A DNA stretch of 64,000 bases from assembly GCA_038496445.1 (NCBI GenBank), contig JALMLS010000474.1:62001-126000 (forward strand), given 5' to 3'. Origin of the DNA: Trichosphaerium sp. ATCC 40318 (Eukaryota; Protista; Tubulinea). The notes beneath the pieces were generated by a model. It did not search any database and was not told the origin of the DNA. It was given only the letters and a program-made list of their open reading frames with translations. Positions 13,441 to 25,606 of this stretch are shown in pieces. A program made the position numbers and the translations under genes. The first letter of the stretch is position 1. Each line of letters opens with the position of its first letter.

Positions 13441-14246
13441 TATTGGTCATCTTTTTGACCTTCCAGTGGAGCTACATCTCGATATTATCGATCTAGATCA
13501 CGAATTGTCTGAAAAATGGGCGCTATAATCAAAACATACAGCAACGACCACAACGTTTGATAGTGACTTGAATAAACACGGCAAATGGAAAGAATGGTAC
13601 TACAACGGTACTTTAAGAAGACAATGATATTTTGTGAACGGTACCCAAGAGGGCGATTACAAATCGTGGGACTCCAAAGGCACACAGCTCAAGCAGTACC
13701 AGTACGTTGATGGTAAAATCGAAGGAGAATACAAGGAGTGGTATACCGATAATGGTATCTTGACAAAACACTGTCATTACGTCAATGACAAGATTGAAGG
13801 AGAATACAAGGAATGGCGATACTCTGATGGTCTCTTGACAAAACACTGTCACTACGTCAAAGGCAAGATTGAAGGAGAATACAAGGAGTGGCATACCGAT
13901 GCTATCTTGAAGAAATACTGTCTCTATGTCAATGATAAACCAGAGGGTGAGGTTAACACATGGTATGAGTCAGGACAAAAAGAGTCCCAACGTACATACA
14001 TAAATGGTGAAATTGAAGGTATCCAGCTTTTGGTATAAAAATGGTAAAATGTCAGAGACGCTTAGCTACAAAAATGGAAAAGATGAAGGAGAATGCAAGA
14101 ACTGGTACGAAAGCGGACAGATATATTGTATGCTGTATTATGTCAATGGTATAAGTGAAGGAGAGTATAAGAGATGGCATGAAAACGGTCAATTACATCG
14201 ACAAAATTACACTGAAAACAAATATACAACAAAGCACGTGTCTTAA
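13441..14246 (+). pseudogene. F-box-like + MORN-variant repeat gene, disrupted
   Basis: GHLFDLPVELHLDIIDLD (F-box-like), then ..KHGKWKEWYYNG, then tandem KIEGEYKEW..G.L.KHCHYVND units. In-frame stops at ~13526 and ~13626 and a frameshift near 14030. No introns seen in the repeat region. Confidence 0.75.
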
Positions 14247-14286
14247 TTATTACCTTGAGCTTTGAAAACAAAACCGTATTAAGATT

Positions 14287-15332
14287 TTATTCTACTTCGT
14301 GGCAGCAACAACATCTAATACATCCCCAATCTAGGTACATATTGTTACAAGCTTTCTGAAACGCACTCTGGTCACTTTCGTTACACAGCACACACCACAT
14401 AGAAGCATATGTAGCTATTGGAAGTAGATACACAAACAAAATGAGCCATATACCTAAACAACAGCGTCAGTCATTTTAAGATAGAATGGAAAAGAATTAA
14501 CCTGGACCGGTACAATTCACAACTGTTGTATCTTCAGTTACCGACCATCTTCCAGCAACATTTGGAGTAGTGTAGGGAAAAACGACTATCCAGAAGAACC
14601 TTTGTTATATGTTGTTTAAAACGAGATTAGATGTAATAAAGCTGGTACGTACAAGCATACACTATAGCAGATCTGCGCTATTTTAGATAAGAAGACCATG
14701 ATAGCTTAATAGTCATCAGTACAATTAATGGCATTATAGCAGTTTTTTTTCATGGTAATAGCTAGCACGTGCTAGATTGAAGGCTAAAAGAAAACGAACC
14801 TGCGTTCGTCATAAACATAGAAACAACTCCAAATATGAACAAAAGAAGAAAACCCATAAACAAAGATACACTCGCCACTTTCATCCGCTCGGTAAAATTC
14901 CTATCGTCATATCCACGGATATCACGAGGCACAAAGTCGAAGTAACTCGTTCCTTTCTTGCCAACAGTCGATGCAATGTTTGATGGCACGTAAGACAAGC
15001 TCACAAACCTTGATGCAAAGAATCCAACCCAACGCACATCACTGTTATATCTACAAACGAATGAGTGAGTTGGCAAGGTGAGCTTTATTGTAGTTGTACT
15101 TGGAACCTTCCCAGCAATATACTGGATATATCATCACGAGTATGAAACAAATCAAAACGATTAATAGCCAAAGGATAATAAGCAATCGTTGGAAGTTCAG
15201 CACCTCCTTAGAGTCTTCACGTTCAAACCTTGATGCGTGCAGCGGTGATCTCGTTGGGGATATTCGCCTCCTGCTTGGAGTAATTGGCGTGGTTTCTTCA
15301 TACTCAACCTCTATTCGCGTTATCTTTAACAT
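14287..15332 (-). CDS. Four-TM claudin/PMP22-like membrane protein with Cys-rich tail, multi-exon
   Basis: TM1 LLIILWLLIVLICFILVMI, then W..VGFF; TM2 VASVSLFMGFLLLFIFGVV; TM3; GPG|IWLILFVYLLP (TM4); ends GCIRCCCCHEVE*. Confidence 0.55.
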
Positions 15333-15866
15333 ATTTCAGCAGGAACTCGGTTACTTTTCTTTGAACACGTGTTGAACGATAACGTTTTATACGCGTGCTA
15401 AAATGAAAGCAAGTAGATTGGTCACGTGTTTGGGTACCTTTTTGGTAGAAGAAAGTTATTTCTGGAAACAGGTTGACTGGACACAGGCAAAAAAGTAACA
15501 GTACATACAGTCTTTAAAACACAAGGTGCTATTTCGTATTTTATACTGCAACTGGCCTACCACAATCAATCATTAGCTACAATTGAATTGTGATGCTGAT
15601 TGATTAAATGGAGTAAGGGGGAACTAAAGGTTATACATCTGACTTACGCTCACAAGTTGTTCAGGAATGGTTAACTAGAGCCGATTGATGTTTTTTTAGC
15701 AGAAATTGCACAGGAAAAAACAGACAGTCCATCCCAAACACGGACGCCTTGTAATCCTCATTCTTTTTAAAGCAATGGTCAGGTGTAAGTTCACGTACAA
15801 TAAAAAGTTGTACCACAGAGGTCAAGAACAGTCTAAATCAAAAGCTTTCATATTCCAACAGGAAGG

Positions 15867-15965
15867 ATGACTACAATTCTAACATTGCCTCCAGAAGTCT
15901 TGCAAATGGTGCCATTGCCCAACCTCAGAGCCGTTTTGCTGTTAATGCGATTTATAGGTGTTAAA
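15867..15965 (+). pseudogene. F-box N-terminal remnant of the F-box-LRR family
   Basis: MTTILTLPPEVLQ, then (frameshifted) QSRFAVNAIYR, matching LLHLPPEILAH..KSRFAACQTCR of 18614-20089. Confidence 0.5.
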
Positions 15966-16055
15966 GTGCCTTTCACTTGAAGTATTACTTCCAAGCACTC
16001 AAGTACGCTCGTTGATATAACAAAGAAGGACTGTAAGCGTCAAACGGTGTTTTTA

Positions 16056-18205
16056 ATGGAAAATATGGTTTTAGGTTTGTAAACGGTTTAGAGACGTCAT
16101 TAACTCGCCATCAACGTGGAAAAAACCGTTAATTTCAAAATTAGGTATTGAATACAACAAAGGTAAGCATAGAACTGACAACACTAATTTTGTCAACTAT
16201 TTTTTTATTCACTGAATTTTTTTAGTCGATGAAGCCATTCGCCTTGCTGGTGCAACGTGGCCTATTATGGCAAATATCATTACTGAACCAACTCATTTAA
16301 TGCTTTGGAGGTTTACAGTAATAGACCAAGTATGTGAAAGCACCAAAACAGAATGCTGGGCAGAAGGTGGTTGACTTTGATTTTTTAGCTTCTGTATGAA
16401 CCTATACTGGCCGATAAAGATAACTTTGTTTTTGATGGCTCATCTTCTTCTCGTACTTCAAAATGTGATATTTCAAGATTGAAATTATGTACATTGGAGG
16501 GGTTCACAAAGCTAGTTTGTCACAGGTTCAAGTTCTGTAGATTGGAAACTGTCAAAGACTTAGGACTGAAGGCTCTTCCTTATGACTTATCAAGTAAGTT
16601 GTGACTTTTCTTTTGCCATTAACAGCACATGCACACTATCAACCTTTTGATTATAATTAGGTGAGTTCCTCGGATTTGCAGCAGTAGAAATTTTAAAGCA
16701 AACAGAGTATGAGAAACAGTTTTTCGAATGCTTGAAAAATGAATACAAACAACGTTCTGGAATAAGTGGCTTTAGGTACCTTTTCAAACTAGTTCTTTGT
16801 TAATTAACATAGTCACTGTAGGCTTGTTCAGTTCTTGTGCTATATTATTTCTCACTTGCCATTGCCAAGAGTAGTACTATGTGACAAAGTAACTGTTGTA
16901 ACCAAGTTCAAAGCAGGAACATTGTTAGATATTCTTCCTTATGACTTTTCATCTCTTGTTGAAGTACTCACGCCTTATCACCATAATCTCCTTCAAACAG
17001 CTCTGATAGAACGTATTAAATACTGTAATTTAAATAATGTACGTGGTATTGTTACTGGCGTAAGAAGGTATTAATTGTACAGGTTTCGTTAAACCTGTGT
17101 TGCTATCGTGGAACTCGCATGGATTCATGTAGTTCTTATGAACGCCGAGCGAAATTCAAGGATAAGAGCCTTCCGTGGTGGGAGCTAAAACCATTAGAAG
17201 TTGCTAAAGAGTATACATTGATGACGCACAAAGTGTACGGATTCTAAGGACGTGTGAAAAGCCAAAAAGCCAACTTAGAAATTTTAGGATTCGAGAATGT
17301 TCAATTCACTTGTATTTTTCTCATAACCCACACACCTCTGAAATAGAGTCTTGCGTTCAACAATACAACAACGTAATGCCAAAAGTTTTAGTACTGTTTC
17401 ACAGAGACTAATTTTAATGTAGGGTACAATGTATCTTATGTCAACTATTCTCGCAATTGAAGATGTCCAAAAAAGGGCAAACAGAATTAAGTATTTGATT
17501 CAAGTAATGTCTTGTTTTTATGATCTTGGTAACGTATCAGGTGGTGCCATGATTTTAGGAGTACTAAAAAATGGAGCTATATACAGATTAAGACATACTT
17601 GGCACATAGTACGTCCAGTAAAAAATGTGGCTTCTAACAACTTTCTTCTTTTAGGTATTGAAAAAGAAATCAGTCAAGATGCTTTACTCTAAACTCTTGA
17701 AGTTTTATACCACACAAAATTTTTTTGAGGTACCTACGATTTGTGATACAACAGTTCAATTACAAAACATGGCGAACAAGTTCAACAGTTTTGATTTTTT
17801 TTACACCAATAAAAATTTCCTGTTGCAGTGGCTTTTTGGGCTTTGCTTTAGGTGATTAAACCCTTGCCCCTTATCCAATTTAGCTATATGAGGTTGACTT
17901 ACCATTATATCTAGACTAGAGCTATAAAAAGATTGCCACAAGTACCTTCCATAGGTCTTTTTCTTATGGACATGTACTTTATTGGTGAATCTCATGCTGT
18001 TTTTATTAATGATAAGCTCAATTTAAAACGTTGTCATATGCTTTTAAAAGTACAGAGTGAGTTGAGTAAAATGCTTGTACCATGCTATAACTACAAGTCT
18101 ATTGGTTGGATAAGGAAAAAGATTGAAGAATGGCACACAGATTTAACTGAAACTGATTTTCATCATATCTCTCTGAAGCTAGAACGAGGCTCGTTTAAGA
18201 AATGA
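16056..18205 (+). CDS. RasGEF (CDC25-type) domain protein, multi-exon; 5' end uncertain
   Basis: LKPLEVAKEYTLM; STILAIEDVQKRANRIKYLIQV..LGNVSGGAMILGVLKNGAIYRLRHTW; PQVPSIGLFLMDMYFI..KLNLKR; ISLKLE near the C-terminus. Confidence 0.8.
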
Positions 18206-18613
18206 TGTTGTTGTATCAAAACTGTAATTACTTAAGAACATTAACTGGTAGATTCTCATGTAGATGGCTTAAAAATACGATAATTGGAATTATGTACAAC
18301 TCGTTGTGCATTACTGCAAACTTACTTTCGATAAATAGCAAAATTCGCATTTGAAAAAAATTTTCTTGGTTTATTCTATCGCTTTTACGGTGAGACAAAA
18401 AGGCACAAATTACATCCTTATTACTGTCCTAAACCATGTCTTTACATCCTCACAATATTTGAGACTTTTTTGAAATACAGCGACTGAGGTTAGGAGCAGC
18501 AAAAAATTTACGTCCTAAGATATGCCTACAATAGTATAGTCTCATAAATGAACGTAACTTCCTACATACTCTAGCTAAATCACCTTTCTTTATTGTATCT
18601 GTAAAAGTAGTAC

Positions 18614-20089
18614 TTACATACGCGCTTTGGTTTCCATCCCTTCTTTAGTACCATTGAGTGCTTTGATACATTCTTTAGATATTGAAGTGTGATAAAGGTA
18701 AATAGTACGAGCTCCAGCAAGTACTTTAACACCTTCGTCAGTTACTGAAGTGTTACTAAGGTCAATATAATGGATTCCAGCAAGTGCTTTAACGCCTTTA
18801 TCAGTTACTGAAGTGTTACTAAGGCGAATAGTACGGACTCCAGCAAGTGCTTTAACGCCTTCATCAGTTACTGAAGTGCCATTAAGGGTAATAGAATGGA
18901 CTCCAGCAAGTGCTTTAACGCCTTCATCAGTTACTTTAGTGTCACTGAGGTCAATAGTATGGACTCCAGCAAGCGCTATAACACCCTTATCTGTCACATT
19001 CTCACATTGGGATATGTAAATTTTGTGAACACCTTTCAGTGCTCGAATACCTTCGTCAGTTACTGAACTCTTATCGAGGTGAATAGTATGGACTCCAGCA
19101 AGTGCTTTAACGCCTGTATCAGTTACTGAAGTATTGTGACTAAGGTAAACAGTATGAGCTCCAGCAAGCGCTATAACACCCTTATCTGTCACATTCTCAC
19201 ATTGGGATATGTAAATTTTGTGAACACCTTTCAGTGCTCGAATACCTTCATCAGTTACTGAACTCTTATCGAGGTGAATAGTATGGACTCCAGCAAGTGC
19301 TTTAACGCCTTCATCAGTTACTTTAGTGTTACTAAGGTCAATAGTATGGGTGCCAGCAAGTGCTTTAACGCCTTTGTCAGTTACTGAGGTGTTACTAAGG
19401 TCAATATCATGTGCTCCAGCAAGTACTTTAACACCTTCGTCAGTTACTGAAGTATTGTAAAGGTAAATAGTATGGGTGCCAGCAAGTGCTTTAATACCTT
19501 CATCAGTTACTTTAGTGTTACTAAGGTCAATAGTATGGGTGCCAGTAAGTGCTTTAACGCCTTTGTCAGTTACTGAGGTGTGACTAAGGTCAATATCATG
19601 TGCTCCAGCAAGTGCTTTAACACCTTCGTCAGTTACTAAGGTGCCAGCAAGGTGAATAGTATGGACTCCAGCAAGTGCTTTAACGCCTTTATCTGTTACT
19701 TCATTGTTACTTAGGTCAATAGTATGGACTCCAGCAAGTGCTACAACGCCTTCATCAGTTACGTAAGAACGATAAAGCTCAATAGTATGAACTCCTGCAA
19801 ACTGCTTGACAATGCTGTTATCAACACGCCATCCAAGGCAGATTCTTGTGTATTTCAGAATACCAACATGTTTTACAGCTGATTTTGCTTGAGTTAACGT
19901 TTTTATCATAATAGCATGGTATCCAATAATGTCATGAACAATAGAAGCAAGTAAACGACAGGTTTGACAAGCCGCAAAGCGTGATTTTGTTGTTTGACGC
20001 AAGATGTGTGCTAATATCTCTGGCGGTAGGTGTAGCAAACTTGTGCCGGTCGTACTGTTAATTATAGAACCCTTTGAGGTAGAAAGCAT
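18614..20089 (-). CDS. F-box + about 18 tandem 22-23 aa leucine-rich repeats, intronless
   Basis: LLHLPPEILAHIL (F-box). Repeat unit GxHxIxLxxxxVTDxGVKALA. A block HLDKSS...YISQCEN is present twice. Confidence 0.9.
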   Translation of the reverse strand: MLSTSKGSIINSTTGTSLLHLPPEILAHILRQTTKSRFAACQTCRLLASIVHDIIGYHAIMIKTLTQAKSAVKHVGILKYTRICLGWRVDNSIVKQFAGVHTIELYRSYVTDEGVVALAGVHTIDLSNNEVTDKGVKALAGVHTIHLAGTLVTDEGVKALAGAHDIDLSHTSVTDKGVKALTGTHTIDLSNTKVTDEGIKALAGTHTIYLYNTSVTDEGVKVLAGAHDIDLSNTSVTDKGVKALAGTHTIDLSNTKVTDEGVKALAGVHTIHLDKSSVTDEGIRALKGVHKIYISQCENVTDKGVIALAGAHTVYLSHNTSVTDTGVKALAGVHTIHLDKSSVTDEGIRALKGVHKIYISQCENVTDKGVIALAGVHTIDLSDTKVTDEGVKALAGVHSITLNGTSVTDEGVKALAGVRTIRLSNTSVTDKGVKALAGIHYIDLSNTSVTDEGVKVLAGARTIYLYHTSISKECIKALNGTKEGMETKARM

Positions 20090-20362
20090 AATATCAACGT
20101 CTTTGTTTAATGTGGAAGCCTAACAATTTAACACGTGTTTTATCGATGACCTAAAGTAGAGGTCTTACTTTTCGCTTTTGATAACTGGCTAAGTCGCATA
20201 AAACTGTTTAAGGCGATAGTCACTCAAGCTTAAAGGACCTGAAAACGTTTACTATATTAATAACACCATTTAGCACGTGATCCAGCGCCAACAACTTATA
20301 CTACTACTTCCCAAAAAATAAGACAGCAATTTCAAGGCAAGTCTTTTGTTAGCGCACGTGTG

Positions 20363-20620
20363 TCATGACATTAGATGATAAATGCTTTTGGCTGTAATAT
20401 TTCTACAACCATGTAGATAAATGTTATGAACACCACCAAGTGATTCGATAGCCTCACCTGTGATACCATTCCAATGACTTAGATCAATAGTATGGCATTG
20501 TGAAAGCACTTTGACATTCTCATCTGTAACACCAGTAAACTTTGCAAGGTTAATAGAATAGACACTAGCAAGTGATTTGATATCGCTGTAACATTGTCAC
20601 ATGAATAAGATCAATTGTGT
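20363..20620 (-). pseudogene. 3' fragment of another, divergent LRR gene
   Basis: Minus-strand translation DIKSLASVYSINLAKFTGVTDENVKVLSQCHTIDLSHWNGITGEAIESLGGVHNIYLHGCRNITAKSIYHLMS*. No 5' part. Confidence 0.7.
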
Positions 20621-20684
20621 ATCTCTTGAGAATCTGCTAATCTTTGCAACTTTTTGCTGTTTGTGACTTTTGGTTTTCGTGTTT

Positions 20685-20735
20685 AGTCAGATCTGACAGA
20701 TCTTGCAACTTCTGTTAGTTCTTACAAGATCTTGT
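20685..20735. repeat. AGATCT-rich short dispersed repeat (also ~30086-30130 and ~31575-31615)
   Basis: TCAGATCTGACAGATCTTGCAACTTCTG resembles GATCTGTCAGATCTGAC..CTTCTGACAGATCTTGCAA and CAGAAGTGTCAGATCTTGCTAGATCTG. Confidence 0.55.
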
Positions 20736-20751
20736 TAGTTCTTGGTTGGAT

Positions 20752-20820
20752 TGTAAGCGCCAATCGGTGTTTTTAATGGAAAATATGGTTTTAGGTTTGT
20801 AAACGGTTTAGAGCCGTCAA
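20752..20820 (+). repeat. ~70-bp duplicate of 16032-16100 (RasGEF 5' region)
   Basis: TGTAAGCG.CAA.CGGTGTTTTTAATGGAAAATATGGTTTTAGGTTTGTAAACGGTTTAGAG occurs at both sites. Confidence 0.85.
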
Positions 20821-21908
20821 TCAACGTGCTTACATTCCCATCAAATTTATTCTCTGTTCAAACATGAAATGGTTGTTAGTACTGTTATAAATGGTAGCAA
20901 GTACTATCTTTGTAATCGAAAAGAATGTGTTGTTTTTTGTATTTTTGGTTGTTCAGGCTGAGTTCAGCTTGGATTTTGACTCATTTTTCTACAGGTTGTA
21001 GTTAGTTTTCATGGCCAGCGACAACAAACAAAGCCTTAATTTAATAGCCAGCATGTTACCTTTCAAGAAAATCATTTACTTTAACTATAACAGTATGTTT
21101 GATGTACACATACTTAAATTGGTTGTAATGGACAACGATGTTGTTGGGGAAAGTACGTAGCCCTTACCCTTTTCTCATCTTTTTAACTTAACCCTTGTTG
21201 ATATTTGCATCTCATAACTAATCTTTGAAGTGAAATTAACCTTCTACATTGCTTTGTAAACAGAGCAATATTGCAGTTTTTAAAACATGATTTTTCCTTT
21301 TCCTTTTTGCTAATTTCGGGCATTCTTTTTGGATAGTAGTTGCTCTAAAAGGATTGAATACATACTAAATTAAATGATTAGGTTTTATGTTGATTTAAAA
21401 GAGTTTATTGTGGAGTAAACATCCAGACTAGGAACTCGAAAATGTTAAAAGTGGTTGTATCCATTTAATGTTGAGTTTGATCCTCTGGAAGACTCCTTTT
21501 TTACTTTCTCACAGTACAGGCATGATAATTATGTTAATAATAAAGAAAAACAAAGAACCGCTTTACCGACTCATGTTTGTATCTAGCTCGCTAGATAGTG
21601 TTCTTGCATGATTGTAAAGCTACCTGTATCCGATGGTTTACTATTTGGTTACGAATATTCGTCACGTGACACTGTACTTTTTCTAACCTTCCTTTGTGGT
21701 AGAGTTACAGATGTCACAACGCATCTGTAAACATGGGAAGGTTGGAACAGGAAAGATATAAACTAAAACTATTCAAACCAGTCTCGGGAACTGGCTAGAT
21801 TTTTACGTGGTTGAATGGCGCTAACAATATGCGAGCCGAGTCCGTCGAGCAAACTTCGTTGACCATTTTGTAGCTTCTACTTTCAGTATTACAAACATTA
21901 CACGTTTT

Positions 21909-22265
21909 ATGGCGGAGCCACAAACTTCATCGGTTAATTTACAATATGTTAACCGTTTGGCCACTGGTTACAACCATTCAATGGTAATCGCAGACGATGG
22001 CTTTGTTTACACAAGTTGGCATGAGAATGGAAACCTGGAAAGGCAGTGTTACTACATAGGCGGTTGCCTTGAAGGAGAAGATAGGAGATGGCACAGTAAT
22101 GGTAATTTATGGACGCGTGATCATTACGTGAATGATGAAAAAGAAGGCAAGAGCAAGGCTTGGTATAAGAATGGGCAGTTACATTACCTTGAAAACTATG
22201 TTAATGGTAGAAGGATTACAACAGAGTTAGAAAAAGAAAGGCACATTAAGGAAACAATAAAATAG
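21909..22265 (+). CDS. Chimeric ORF: first 35 codons of the RCC1 family fused in frame to MORN-variant repeats
   Basis: MAEPQTSSVNLQYVNRLATGYNHSMVIADDGFVYT is near-identical to the starts at 36651 and 60318. It continues SWHENGNLERQCYYIGGCLEGEDRRWHSNG..WYKNGQLHYLENYVNG. Confidence 0.8.
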   Translation: MAEPQTSSVNLQYVNRLATGYNHSMVIADDGFVYTSWHENGNLERQCYYIGGCLEGEDRRWHSNGNLWTRDHYVNDEKEGKSKAWYKNGQLHYLENYVNGRRITTELEKERHIKETIK

Positions 22266-22842
22266 TATTCACGGTGTTATAAAATGGCAAGTGGCAAGTA
22301 CAGTGGTATGACTGTGAGAACGCAAATAATGGCCCAAATTTTGAACGTAATAGTGAATCATGCACCTAAATAGAAATGTTGTATTCGAGCAAACTTTACC
22401 ATTGTTCTACGTTAATAAAAATGTAAGAACATTACTTTTCATTCATCTGGTTTATAGTACAGTATACTGAATCACTGGCGTATCCTTCCTTGTAACTCAG
22501 ATAATCATCAAAGGATTTTTCACACGTACATAATTGGTTGTATAATTTAAACGCTCAAGGAGGGCTCACCCGAAATCCCAGTCGTGTTCACGTTTTGACA
22601 CGAGAAGGGTATCGACTGATAAGAAAGGCAAAACTGTATTTTGATTTTACGGTAAACATATTGCAGTTTTAGAAGCGAAAACAGTGCAACAGGAAGAACA
22701 CGTGTTTACCAACTGAAACGTCACCAAACAAAATCTAAAGTTACAATGTGTTATTATTGGGATTGTACGTTCTATATTTCGATATGCTGTTCTGGAACGG
22801 TATTTTTGGAATAGTATTTATTGTTGTCTAACAATCTCCTTT

Positions 22843-24706
22843 CTACGCGGTTTCATAAGTGTCTTTACGCTTTATCCTTTTGAGTATACAAGCAAGAACT
22901 GTAATAGCAAATCCTAATGTATCATATTAGCACTAAATATTCGGGAGGAAAGGCGAACAGTGAGTACCAATAATAGGCAAGATACCAAGAACAATATTAA
23001 CAATGAGTTCTGTGTTCTTTTTTTTAGCTGGATTATTACATCCTGTATTACCATAGATGCCATATTCTACTTCTTTTGGGGCTTCACATAGTTTACAAGA
23101 TATACTACCAATATTCTCAGTGTATTTCTTACCACTACAAGCGCTACATCCTTCTATTTTAGTCCTGCAACAGAATTAGTTGTGCTACTGATTTTGTTTA
23201 ACTACCAGATTTGGCCTGAGTGGCAGTTACACACATCCTCGCCTTGTGGATTCTTTACTAGACCTGGATCACACCTCCAACACGTGAAAAGATCGTGTAC
23301 ATGGCTGTATTTGTATTCAGGACAGGACACTTAACAAAAAATATCAGAGAAATCAATGAGAACAGGTAACTTACAAGCACAACCGAATGTGTTGCCTGAA
23401 ATTTCAAGTTGTGTCACCGTATCAATAAGTAGAATATCTCTCCTCTTGATCTAAGAACAAAAAGTTAAAGAAGGCTTTGGGTTTATTGATAGATAACGTA
23501 CACAATCGAAATGGTTGTTTGTGATCGATACACTTCCTTGCTTATAAGTAGAAGAATCCAAATTCACAAATGTGTTGTTTCCATAGAATTTATTGGAATC
23601 AATGGTCAGTAACCGGCTTGATAATGTTATACAGCCTCCGGTATACTGTCGAGAGCACGCGTTTACTTTGTTGTTTATGAATTTTAAAGAAGTTCCATAA
23701 AAGTCATAACTTCCAGTGTCTTCAAACACGTTACCATCCAAAATGACATGGTATGAATCTATATATTGGATTTAGTAGACGTTAGAGAAATGTGTTTTCT
23801 CTGCCTGAAATGTATTGGTCAGATCTTGAAAATGTTGACGCTGTTACACTAAGGGTTGATGAAGGCTTTGCATAGGTTGTAAATAAACTGAGTCGTTGTT
23901 GGATTGTACAATTAAAGAGTTTGAGGTTGAAAAGATTGTTTCTTCCCGATATTATAAATATGTCACCTACACGTGATGAGTATACGTACAGAAAAATAGA
24001 ATAGTATTAGACGTAGCAAACATAGCTAAATAATCGATCTATAAGCGACAGTGATATGTCAAACAACAGAATTGACCCGGATTATCGACAACAAAAAAAC
24101 AAAATAACAAAAAGTAATCACGCACTTTTGAAGAGAGTTACTAACGTGGAATGAGAAACTGTCAAATTAAGACTCGATTCATTGTTTAAAGATTTTGCCC
24201 ATAAATTAATATCTTGGAATCCTTCAACCATCAGAGACGTTTCGTTGTACAAAAACTAAAGAAAAAACATTTAGCAATTTGCTTTCACAGAGTTGTTTAT
24301 GTACATACCTGGATGGTATCGTATACCTTTTCTCCTGATCCAGTCCAATCCATGTACCGAATTACCACTGTACCTTTAAAAGCCAACAAGACATGCTCGC
24401 TCGTGTTCGAGGGAACGTACACTCCGCCTGTTTTCGTTGTTACAAGCTCAGTTTAAACTATCGTATACCTGCAACGCATATAGTACAGACCGTAGAAGAG
24501 CATAGAGATGTCCTATTTAATGCTTGGTGTATAGATCCGAAAGGAGACGACATAGACCCAGTCTTAATCTCTTGTTAGGTTATAAAATACAATGTTTAAT
24601 GGCAGCGTACGTTGCTAGTATTGTAGTTTGGGGCAACATAGATATCACACGAAGCTACGACACGACCGAAAATAAGTATAGATAGTATAACTACGAGCAG
24701 GTGCAT
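22843..24706 (-). CDS. Type I membrane protein: signal peptide, right-handed beta-helix (pectin-lyase-like) region, Cys-rich repeats, TM; multi-exon
   Basis: MHLLVVILSILIFGRVVASC start; Asn-rich FINNKVN/IDSNKFYGN/ITNNHFDC segments; C..C.PG-type Cys repeats at ~23090-23330; hydrophobic ELIVNIVLGILPII|GFAITVLACIL followed by KRIKRK. Confidence 0.65.
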
Positions 24707-25606
24707 TGATAGTGATATGCGTTGGGTAATGTTCAGTGTAACAGTGAACATAAAAATTGAAAAAATAAAAAAAACCCATCAGTCACGTGACGAATTGTAA
24801 TACAATAAAGGTGCGTTTAAAAAATCATCTAATTGGGTAGTTCAAATAATCATTTTAACGCACTTCATAGTCCGGCTACACTTGTATTAGTACAACGTTT
24901 TAAGAGTATGCATAACCTACTGGACACGCAGATAAAAATTGCCAATTTTCGGTGATAATTGCAACTTGCAAGTTACACGAACAATTTATTGAACCCAAAG
25001 GTAAAAACTGAGGTAACCACATAACAAGGTTTGTTAATTAAATCGGTATTACAATATGCTGCTCATGTATGTTTGGCTAAACAGACAGTACTCTTTACAC
25101 CAAATACGTGGACAAATGCTATCCGTATGTGAGCTATCACGTGCTTTTCAGCGTCCTTCAGTTTGGCTTCAATTGAGTCATTTGTCCTTTTTTAAAATGT
25201 ATTCCGTAGGTGCAAATACGGCGTGTACACTCTTTATTACGCGTCTACAGTATCAGTGGGTTTTTGTACAATCCGGGGAAATATTAAAAATACTATAATA
25301 GCAAGCGTTATAAAACGTTTCTTTACACATAAAAATGAGTATTGGGAGGATAGAAAAAATGGTTTACATCGAACATTTCCTTCACTCTGTTTTCATTTTA
25401 CATGCTTTGCCAGTCACATGTCCTTCGTATTTTTTGCTTTTGTAGTTGTTCTTTCGTCTTGGCGGTGGACATAATGACAAAAGTAATAGTCCAATACACT
25501 CTACAAACGAGTATCGTCGTGGTTGCTTCAAAAGATATAATTTCACGAGCTTGCTTTTCGTTTAACGCCTTAAGATCCCTTACAACCAAGTGTTGATTAT
25601 ATTTAA

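Noticed and set aside
13441-22265. Endogenous giant-virus insertion
   Set aside because: The repeat genes resemble NCLDV accessory genes, but no viral core genes are present and intron-rich host genes are interleaved.
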